A stretch of 64,000 bases of DNA from Deinococcales bacterium (GTDB lineage Bacteria; Deinococcota; Deinococci; Deinococcales; JAAFIG01). Below, piece after piece: positions 39,301 to 46,052 of this stretch. Positions within the stretch are counted from its first letter, which is position 1. Each line of letters opens with the position of its first letter. The position numbers were made by a program, and so were the translations under genes. The DNA lies in contig JAYWGM010000051.1 of the NCBI GenBank assembly GCA_043778225.1, forward strand, positions 1-64,000. The letters run 5' to 3'. Below the pieces are notes generated by a model, which saw only the letters and a program-made list of their open reading frames with translations, had not been told where the DNA came from and made no database searches.

Positions 39301-39881
39301 CTCAAAACACGGTCACGGCAGACATCTGGAATTCGGATGCGCCAAGAATCGTGGGCAATCAGTACCTCGTGAACAAAGGGGAATTTGGCAGCCCGCTCAA
39401 TTTCAGTGGCGCAGAGATAAAAGGCGGCTTAAAAGTTGGCAATCACACGATCACGATTCACAACAAACGGATTGACAATAACAACCCAATCAACACACCA
39501 ACCAATTACAACGTTTCGCTCGTCACGCTCGAGAATCCAACCGATTTAGCCATTGGTGCGCCCGCCGCGAATGGTCTGATAGATGTGGCTGGTGAACGCG
39601 ATTACTACCGCTTTAACGCCACTGTTGGACAGGCATTCACGATTACCGCCACCAGTCCAGCCTTCACTGGCACAATCCGCATTCACAAACTCAGTGCCAC
39701 CAAGGATTTTACGACCTTCGAGACCTTCAATATTCTTGGTGGTAATCCAGTCAAGGCACTCGGTACGCATACCTTCACCATTCCCAATGTGAGTTACGGC
39801 GGAACTGGCACGTACATCATCGAAATAGATGCGACTGCCGCTCAAACAGGCGCATACAGCGTGGCGCTGACCTCGCCGTAA
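36381..39881 (+). CDS. Paralogous large surface lipoprotein with PPC/Ig-like C-terminal modules
   Basis: N-terminal about 370 aa closely similar to the 32805 gene; VTHFSLWNAD; C-terminal D(I/Y)Y.FNAT.GQ modules. Confidence 0.85.
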   Translation: MMKNVVPKVVTATAILVFGLLACTNPPPPPVANKNPVAAFTSAAPTIKAGDALLFTSSSSDPDGDVLTQSWDFGDSTRGGGSSIAHVYPSAGSFTVKLTVGDGKGGSSSTTQSITVTAGEPLGAPLEVSGEITDTSGLPLAGVAVKLGSSTLGTSDANGKVMVSIPTGPSQTLMLFKEGYTDQVAALEFPIGSRSSNAFFKMSMLTQAPSQPLSATTGGAITAKDNAKLEIPANGLETQNGTPVTGNVQVSITPLDVSNLAVLAAMPGRLEGMQTDGSSAGIVSLGMTDFSLSQNGQDLNLKPGSSAKVRIPLYADTDESGKVLVLGDTIPLWSMSETTGEWVQEGIGTVVDAGNGIKALEATVTHFSLWNADHIYDENLQNPRPNPPLPPLPVVKPKCKIPPEIEAQLDTDAKKAVFCLFLSEAVDIFGTDGPNPNGALRPQATTPRLPAWSARATLPLAGGTDFGLVPPNRKIRYTACVFVIGKELCGSEVKTLQRGTTTAFDILMLPIQEETVTVPLDITRSLTSAKRRFTFNVTIPTQLFFSLEPSAGSTLNATVDLLQGNDKVVSGNIASTTLTFNAEVVAGKYTLEVAPLAGATGNLRIQIQPIVNESITLPFDSTRGVTKTQRFEFDSATSPNGISVLLERGAGSGFTGTTSLFNPTGTVMASGAIGATALSFDVQLSATGKHILEVKPAIGSSGDVRIKIVRKDIANTIAFDTDLDVPQVANKVDIYSFNATQGQQVSLGFAWSQGAGFSSDYPGLRKLNAANGIAPNNGIYTLQTAGVYQITIKNFANATGTYRLRLNTVQNLTTLNTLDPLTEITTSLNLGEVRRYVFNPPLTLGEVVALRLETASINAPTSAYFRGFPQSGLVGNNPVSIEAGKAPQSKLSEFTFIPISTDTYWLYLDGNGSQNFPVIGQIGGQFTLGIFRPSAQALALDSSASGSINPNTLLTHRVNVSVAGSYLLRAVIAAQNTVTADIWNSDAPRIVGNQYLVNKGEFGSPLNFSGAEIKGGLKVGNHTITIHNKRIDNNNPINTPTNYNVSLVTLENPTDLAIGAPAANGLIDVAGERDYYRFNATVGQAFTITATSPAFTGTIRIHKLSATKDFTTFETFNILGGNPVKALGTHTFTIPNVSYGGTGTYIIEIDATAAQTGAYSVALTSP

Positions 39882-39936
39882 GCAATTTACTCGAGGCTCG
39901 AGGATTGAAAACTCGAGCCTCACTTTAGGAGAACCC

Positions 39937-41367
39937 ATGAAACGATACGCGATTCTTTTTGGCATTGTTGCCCTTGCTGCTTGCACCCCACGACCAACCT
40001 CGAACATCACTGCCATCACCGTGACCGCTTCGCAAGTTGCACTGCGCGGCGGTAACTCGAGCCAATTGCAAGCCAATGTGTTTGGTGATGGTGCATTTGA
40101 CCCAACCATCACTTGGATGCTCGAGCCAAGCGGCTTTGGGACGCTCTCGAGTGGTGCTGGGAATAGTGTTTTGTACACCGCTCCAACCAATAGCACTGGG
40201 CGAGTGGTGCGAATTACTGCCAGAAGCGTTGAAGCTGATAAGCGGCAACAGACCGTGTTTCTAAGTGTCAATCCAAGACAAGCCAGTCTTGCGGCTGGTG
40301 GCGCACATTCGCTTGCCCTAAAAAGCGATGGAACAGTGCTTTCATGGGGTTGGGATGGCGATGGTCAACTCGGCGATAACCAAGCCCTCGAGCCAAAAGC
40401 CACACCCGTCAATGTCAATCCAGCCACTGGCATTGTAGCTATTGCAGCCGGTGGGAATCATTCGCTTGCCTTGAAATCTGATGGGACGGTTTTGGCTTGG
40501 GGCAGAGACAATGCTGGTCAACTGGGTAATGATCTGGCACTCGAGGATAAACCCAAACCCGTTTCGGTCAGTGGTCTGACTGGTATCATTGCTATTTCGG
40601 CTGGGTATGCACATTCTTTAGCCTTGAAATCCAATGGCACAGTCTACGCTTGGGGTGATGATGCCGACGGTCAACTGGGCGATGACCCTGTGTTACTCGA
40701 GCAACCTCTGCCCGTTTTGGTCAGTGGAGTCAATACCATTGTGGCAATTGCGGCGGGTGGCTCGCATTCCTTAGCCTTAAAGTCCGATGGCACTGTGCTG
40801 GCTTGGGGCAACGATGCCAATGGGCAACTTGGCAACGATGCGGCTTTTGCCAATAAGCGCACTGCCGAAGCTGTCAGTGGTGCGACGGGTATTGTTGCGG
40901 TGTCCGCAGGAAATTCGTATTCGTTTGCAATAAAGTCCGATGGGTCTTTACTGGCGTGGGGCGATGACGAAAATGGTCAACTTGGCGATGGTGTTGTCAG
41001 TACCAATCAACCCACACCAGTAGCTGTGCCAGCCGCCAGTTTTATTGTGGCGGCTCAAGCTGGACGCGCCCATTCGCTTGCCTTAAAATCTGATGGCACG
41101 ATGCTGGCATGGGGCAGTGATACCAATGGACAACTCGGTGATGACGCAGCACTGGTTTCTCGAGCCATCCCCAAAGCTGTTGCACTGGCTGAAGGTGTTG
41201 TGGCGATTGCTGTGGGTAATCGGCATTCTTTGGCGCTGAAACAGAATGGCACATTGCTGTCTTGGGGGGCTGACATCAACGGCGAACTTGGCGACGACAT
41301 CGCACTCGAGAATAAACCTCTGCCTGTTTCGGTGCTGCTCGGGGCAAACATCATTCGTCTACCTTAG
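39937..41367 (+). CDS. RCC1-repeat beta-propeller lipoprotein
   Basis: Lipobox LAAC, Ig-like segment, seven HSLALKSDGTVLAWG.D..GQLG-type repeats. Confidence 0.92.
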   Translation: MKRYAILFGIVALAACTPRPTSNITAITVTASQVALRGGNSSQLQANVFGDGAFDPTITWMLEPSGFGTLSSGAGNSVLYTAPTNSTGRVVRITARSVEADKRQQTVFLSVNPRQASLAAGGAHSLALKSDGTVLSWGWDGDGQLGDNQALEPKATPVNVNPATGIVAIAAGGNHSLALKSDGTVLAWGRDNAGQLGNDLALEDKPKPVSVSGLTGIIAISAGYAHSLALKSNGTVYAWGDDADGQLGDDPVLLEQPLPVLVSGVNTIVAIAAGGSHSLALKSDGTVLAWGNDANGQLGNDAAFANKRTAEAVSGATGIVAVSAGNSYSFAIKSDGSLLAWGDDENGQLGDGVVSTNQPTPVAVPAASFIVAAQAGRAHSLALKSDGTMLAWGSDTNGQLGDDAALVSRAIPKAVALAEGVVAIAVGNRHSLALKQNGTLLSWGADINGELGDDIALENKPLPVSVLLGANIIRLP

Positions 41368-41442
41368 CGCTTTTGCTCGAGTTTTCATGACAGCCAATTC
41401 CTAAGGACACCTAGGCTGCCAATTCTCGAGTAGATTGCAGAG

Positions 41443-41799
41443 GTGTACAAATTCAAAGGCTGGCAATGGGGACTGATTATTGGTGGTCTGATGCTGTACT
41501 TTGTTTTTATCACTTTTCAGGTTTACGGCAATTTCTATCTGGGCTATCCACCCTACACCCCAGCTTTTTTAAGCCACACCAAACGCCCACTCGAGCGCAC
41601 TTTTGAACTGGCAAAACCAAGCAGTTTGCGGGTCTGGGGAACATTGCAGCAGGGGCGTATCAGCTTAAAAATAAATAAAATAACCAAGCGCGAATGGGTG
41701 GACGACTTTGACCTGCGCCTGACTTTAGCGGCTGGTACACAAAATCTGCGGATTGAAATGCAGGAAGCCACAGGGGTCTTAAACTATACCCTCGAGTAA
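41443..41799 (+). CDS. Membrane-anchored hypothetical protein
   Basis: N-terminal TM helix; TAGATT box before GTG. Confidence 0.6.
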   Translation: MYKFKGWQWGLIIGGLMLYFVFITFQVYGNFYLGYPPYTPAFLSHTKRPLERTFELAKPSSLRVWGTLQQGRISLKINKITKREWVDDFDLRLTLAAGTQNLRIEMQEATGVLNYTLE

Positions 41800-41815
41800 A
41801 AGGTAGACTGCCCTC

Positions 41816-42556
41816 ATGACCATCAGCGCAGTTGTCCTCGGTGGAGGACACCCCAACGACCCACTGGCACAACAAGCCAATGTTTCTGTTAAGGGCTTAA
41901 TCCCGATTGCAGGGCAAGTCATGGCGGCGTATGTCCTCAAAGCCCTGCGGGCGGGTGGTGTGACCAAAATTATTTATGTCGGCGCAGTCAGTGCCGAACT
42001 CGAGCCACTGATTGACCTTCACATTGCCGCCAAAGGCACGATGCTTGAGAATCTACAAGCTGGACTCGAGCCGCTTCAACTCGAGCCTCGGGTGCTGATT
42101 TCGACCGCCGATATTCCCTTGTTAAGCCAAGCTGCGGTCAAAGATATTCTGGCTCGAGACCCCAAAATTGGTTTGGTCTATCCTGTGGTCTCTAAAATAG
42201 CTGCCGAACGCGATTTTGCTGGCGGCAAGCGCACCTATGCTCGCTTGCTTGAGGGAACATTTACGGGCGGTAATCTTTTTTTACTCGAGCCAAGTTTGAT
42301 TGCGGCTTTTTTGCCGCGCCTCGAATACATTCTTAAAAACCGTAAAAACGTGATTGCCTTGGCTGGAATGTTTGGGCTTGGCGCACTTTTTAAGCTGGCT
42401 ATTGGGCGTTTAAGTATTACCGAACTCGAGCAGACCGTCTCGAGAATTTTAGGTGTTCCCGCCAAGGCACTGATTACCGATTTTGCCGAAATTGGCTTTG
42501 ATGTTGATAAGCCCGCCGATTTAGCGATTGTTCTCGAGCATCTGGGGAGGCGCTAA
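41816..42556 (+). CDS. MobA-like NTP-transferase family protein
   Basis: AVVLGGG, KGLIPIAG, TADIP, DVDKPAD. Confidence 0.85.
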   Translation: MTISAVVLGGGHPNDPLAQQANVSVKGLIPIAGQVMAAYVLKALRAGGVTKIIYVGAVSAELEPLIDLHIAAKGTMLENLQAGLEPLQLEPRVLISTADIPLLSQAAVKDILARDPKIGLVYPVVSKIAAERDFAGGKRTYARLLEGTFTGGNLFLLEPSLIAAFLPRLEYILKNRKNVIALAGMFGLGALFKLAIGRLSITELEQTVSRILGVPAKALITDFAEIGFDVDKPADLAIVLEHLGRR

Positions 42557-42611
42557 AGCCGCTTGCCCACAAAAGTACACAAAACGGTGCTTATTGTGGC
42601 AAAATGGTTTT

Positions 42612-43436
42612 ATGAATCTAGCAGCCTTTATGGGTGAGTTCAAAGCCGAAGCCTATGACCACCTTGAAAAGTTGGATCAAGGTTTGTTGCAACTCGAGCG
42701 TGACCCCAGCAACCACCAACTGATTCGTGGCTTATTTTTAAGTATGCACACGATTAAGGGTGGCGCAAGTATGCTCGAGCTTAAAGCCTTAAAGCACCTG
42801 ACCCACGCCTTTGAGGATGTACTGGCGCGACTTCGTGACCAAGGCGAAGCCTGTGACTCGAGTACCGCCACGCTGCTTTTGCGGGCTTTGGACATGGTGC
42901 GAGAAATTATTGACACCGACCCCAATATGGCAACCATGCCGCCTGCCGTTGAGGACATGACCGCTAAACTGCGGACTCGCGCCAGTGGAGTAATTGTGAC
43001 GCTCGAGCCAAGCAGTTCGTTAAGTGGTCTCAAGGTTTCGTTGGTCGATGCTCCTGTACCAGCCGAGGTGGCAGCCCTGACCAAATCAAATCTGGCGTTG
43101 CTGCTTGAGCCTTCCGAAACCGCCCGCACGGTCATGACCCAACAACTCCAAGAAGCCGGCTGGACAGTTCAGGGCTTTAGCCACCTCGAGGAATTTCAAG
43201 CCAAAGTTTCGATGGCTGGTTTATTGGTTGTGCCACTCGAGCCAAGCGGTGGGATAGATGGTCTGGCATTGGCTCGAGACTGGCTGGCATTTGGCACAAA
43301 AACCCCGATTTTAATTACCGCCCTCGAACTCAGCAGCGCCCAAGAAGCCGATGTAAAAACCCTTGGGGTACAGTATCTGCCAAAACCAAGTTGGCGCGAG
43401 ACCCACTTAACCGACTTGGCGAGGAGCTTAGCGTGA
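42612..43436 (+). CDS. CheA-P1-like Hpt domain fused to a degenerate receiver domain
   Basis: LFLSMHTIKGGA..LTHAFED Hpt motif; C-terminal REC-like fold (GIDGLAL, TPILITA, YLPKP). Confidence 0.75.
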   Translation: MNLAAFMGEFKAEAYDHLEKLDQGLLQLERDPSNHQLIRGLFLSMHTIKGGASMLELKALKHLTHAFEDVLARLRDQGEACDSSTATLLLRALDMVREIIDTDPNMATMPPAVEDMTAKLRTRASGVIVTLEPSSSLSGLKVSLVDAPVPAEVAALTKSNLALLLEPSETARTVMTQQLQEAGWTVQGFSHLEEFQAKVSMAGLLVVPLEPSGGIDGLALARDWLAFGTKTPILITALELSSAQEADVKTLGVQYLPKPSWRETHLTDLARSLA

Positions 43437-44398
43437 TTGAAGAGCGACGAATCCTGATTATCGAAGACAGTTTGCTGATGCGTAATCTGCTGGTTGGCTT
43501 ACTCGATGGGGCTGGTTATGGCGATATTCGGGCGGTTGGAACACTCGAGCAGGGTCTGCGCTTACTTGGTTTACGCAGCGAACCGGGCGAACATTTTAAT
43601 TTAATTTTGATGGATAAATTACTGCCCGATGGTGACGGCATTGACGGAATCCGAGAAATCCGCCAAGTGCCACACCTGACCGAAAAACCAATTATTGTCG
43701 TGACGGGTTTTGACGACCGCGAAACGTTGCGTGAAGCCTTTGACGCTGGTGCAAGCGACTTTATCAATAAGTCCTTTGATGAAACCGAATTGTTGGCTCG
43801 AGTCCGCAGTGCCTTGCGTTTGGATGCTGCCATCGAAGCTGCCAAAGAACGCGAAGCTGATTTGCGCCGTTTAACCCGTGAACTCGAGAAACTGTCGTAT
43901 ACCGATGGTCTGACCAAAGTCACCAACCGCCGTGGTTTTGACGCGGCGCTCGAGCGGGCTTGGAATGAGAGTTTGGAGCGCCGTAAGCCTTTAAGTGTCG
44001 TGATGCTCGATGTTGACCATTTTAAGAAGTACAACGATTCGCTTGGACACCAGCAGGGCGATGAATGCCTCAAAGCCGTGGCTCAGGCACTCGAGCAGCA
44101 AGTTGATGCCAGTGGCGAAGCCCATATGTTGGCTCGTTATGGCGGTGAAGAATTTGCCGCGATTTTACGGTGCAATGCCAGCACGGCGCAGTATATTGCC
44201 GAAAAACTGCGCTCGAGTATCCAAGAATTAGAATTGGTACATCCCAATTCGACGGTCGGCAGTTTTGTCAGCATCAGCGTTGGGCTAACGACGTTAATTC
44301 CCGACGAACACAACAACGCCGCCAACTTAATTGCCACTGCCGATTCAGCCTTGTATCAAGCCAAGAACACTGGGCGCAATCGTGTGGTGGTGAAATAA
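43433..44398 (+). CDS. Response-regulator diguanylate cyclase (REC-GGDEF)
   Basis: LILMDKLLPDGDG receiver; TDGLT..NRR, DVDHFKKYND, RYGGEEF; GTGA overlap with the Hpt gene. Confidence 0.93.
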   Translation: MIEERRILIIEDSLLMRNLLVGLLDGAGYGDIRAVGTLEQGLRLLGLRSEPGEHFNLILMDKLLPDGDGIDGIREIRQVPHLTEKPIIVVTGFDDRETLREAFDAGASDFINKSFDETELLARVRSALRLDAAIEAAKEREADLRRLTRELEKLSYTDGLTKVTNRRGFDAALERAWNESLERRKPLSVVMLDVDHFKKYNDSLGHQQGDECLKAVAQALEQQVDASGEAHMLARYGGEEFAAILRCNASTAQYIAEKLRSSIQELELVHPNSTVGSFVSISVGLTTLIPDEHNNAANLIATADSALYQAKNTGRNRVVVK

Positions 44399-44423
44399 CT
44401 GCTCAAAAGCGTTAGCATAAGCC

Positions 44424-44717
44424 ATGTTCTCTTTTTTCAAAAAACGCCAAACCACGCCCCAATTCTTAAAATTCGATGGGCAGAATGCTTATCGGGTGCG
44501 TGTCCGTACCGCCAAACGCGGCGAGATTGTCGAGATTCGCTTTACCCGCAGTGGCGACATCTCGAGTGATGCGGGCGGTTATTATGTGCGTAAGGGCGTG
44601 GTCGGACCGACCAGTTTTGACCGTGCGACCCTCGAGATTCGTTTTAGCAGTGGCTACAGTAAACCAGTTATCACCATAGATGGCGGCGAAGCTGTACCAG
44701 TAGACCAGTGGGAATAA
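44424..44717 (+). CDS. Hypothetical protein
   Basis: 97-aa ORF with TAGCAT box 5 nt before ATG. Confidence 0.65.
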   Translation: MFSFFKKRQTTPQFLKFDGQNAYRVRVRTAKRGEIVEIRFTRSGDISSDAGGYYVRKGVVGPTSFDRATLEIRFSSGYSKPVITIDGGEAVPVDQWE

Positions 44718-45442
44718 GTCTCGAGCCGATGGCGGGTCTCGTGTCACCCTCGATGGCGGGTCTCGTGTCACCCCCGATGGCGGGTCTCGTGTCACCCCCG
44801 ATGGCGAGTCTCGAGCCGATGTGGAGTTTAGAAAGCCAGCACTGGGCAAATGGTTTCTGGTTAGTGGCTGGCATAGATGAAGCCGGACGTGGCGCATTGG
44901 CAGGACCGTTGGCGGTGGCAGCCGTAATCCTGCCGCCAGACCTAAAACCACGGGCATACCGAGATTCTAAAAAGCTCTCGAGCCAGCAACGACAAAAGTT
45001 AGCGTTCGAGATAAAGTGCGAAGCCTTGGCTTGGGCAGTCGAATTTGCAACGGCTGCCGAAATAGACCAGTACAATGTGCTACAAGCCACGCACCGTGCT
45101 GCCGCTCGAGCCATCAGCCAACTTAGCCCTAGCCCCGATGCTTTAATTACCGACTACTTAAAACTGCAAACCGATTTACCACTCTTTGCACCAGCCAGAG
45201 CCGACTCGAGCAGCTACAGTGTGGCGGCTGCCAGTATCTTAGCCAAGACGGCTCGAGATGAATACATGACTAGGCTGCACCAACAAAACCCAGAATATGG
45301 TTTTGCCCAGCACAAAGGTTATGGCTCGAGTCAGCACCTTTTAGCCCTCGAGCAGTGTGGCGTGACTGAACAACACCGAACAACCTTTGCGCCTGTGGCA
45401 CTGCTTTTTGGTGGCTTATTTACAGCACCTCGAGAAACCTAG
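44708..45442 (+). CDS. rnhB: Ribonuclease HII with repeat-expanded N-terminus
   Basis: AGIDEAGRGALAGP, RDSKKL, VAAASILAK, HKGYG; start could be 44708 or 44819. Confidence 0.93.
   Translation: MGISLEPMAGLVSPSMAGLVSPPMAGLVSPPMASLEPMWSLESQHWANGFWLVAGIDEAGRGALAGPLAVAAVILPPDLKPRAYRDSKKLSSQQRQKLAFEIKCEALAWAVEFATAAEIDQYNVLQATHRAAARAISQLSPSPDALITDYLKLQTDLPLFAPARADSSSYSVAAASILAKTARDEYMTRLHQQNPEYGFAQHKGYGSSQHLLALEQCGVTEQHRTTFAPVALLFGGLFTAPRET
44717..44821. repeat. 24-bp in-frame tandem repeat flanked by 15-bp direct repeats
   Basis: Three GATGGCGGGTCTCGTGTCACCCYC units between two AGTCTCGAGCCGATG copies (44717 and 44807). Confidence 0.9.
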
Positions 45443-45965
45443 GTGGCACAACATCGGCTAACCAAACACCATTGTCTGAGCAATAAAATTTGTGTCCAGT
45501 GCGGTGCATCTCGAGCGCCCGAACTTTTAGAATCACAGCTTTTCCATGCCGACTGCCGACTTTATGGGCGGTTTGGGTCTCGGCAGACAAATGCACATGA
45601 TGGCGCTGCATTCGTTCTAAACCAGACTCGAGAATGGCTGTCAGTGCTTGGGCGGTTGTGCCATGAAACAGAATCTCTGGTGGCTCGAGCGGCGTTAAAC
45701 CAAGTTCGACTGGCACACTATGCCCTTGACTGGCACGAATGTTTTCTTTGGTTTGGTCAAAGGCAAAGCGTTGTTTATCATTTTTTTGTACCACCTCTTC
45801 GAGTTCGGCTCGAGTAAGCGTAAAACCTTTACGATTAAGGGCTGAAAGAAGGCTATCTACGGCAACCCAACCACTGACCGAAAGCGCTAACCCAAGGCGT
45901 TCTGGCTTGTGACGCAGGGCTTTAGACATGGTTTTGCTGATTTGTATGAGACGTTGGTTTTCCAT
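45420..45965 (-). CDS. kptA: RNA 2'-phosphotransferase (Tpt1/KptA)
   Basis: LRHKP, DKQRF, IRASQGHS, FHGT, RHHVHLS, NGVWL. Confidence 0.95.
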   Translation of the reverse strand: MENQRLIQISKTMSKALRHKPERLGLALSVSGWVAVDSLLSALNRKGFTLTRAELEEVVQKNDKQRFAFDQTKENIRASQGHSVPVELGLTPLEPPEILFHGTTAQALTAILESGLERMQRHHVHLSAETQTAHKVGSRHGKAVILKVRALEMHRTGHKFYCSDNGVWLADVVPPRFLEVL

Positions 45966-46052
45966 AAGTCTATTCTGAGGCTTCTCGAGTCAAAAGTATT
46001 GTGCATCATGGCTTAGGTTTATCTAAGTGCGATAGACAATCGGGGTCAGATT

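Noticed and set aside
40280..41340. DNA repeat array in the RCC1 gene
   Set aside because: Similarity is protein-level repeat structure with synonymous divergence, ordinary for RCC1 propellers.
8488..45965. RNA repair operon (RNA ligase plus KptA)
   Set aside because: The two genes are about 36 kb apart with no shared context.
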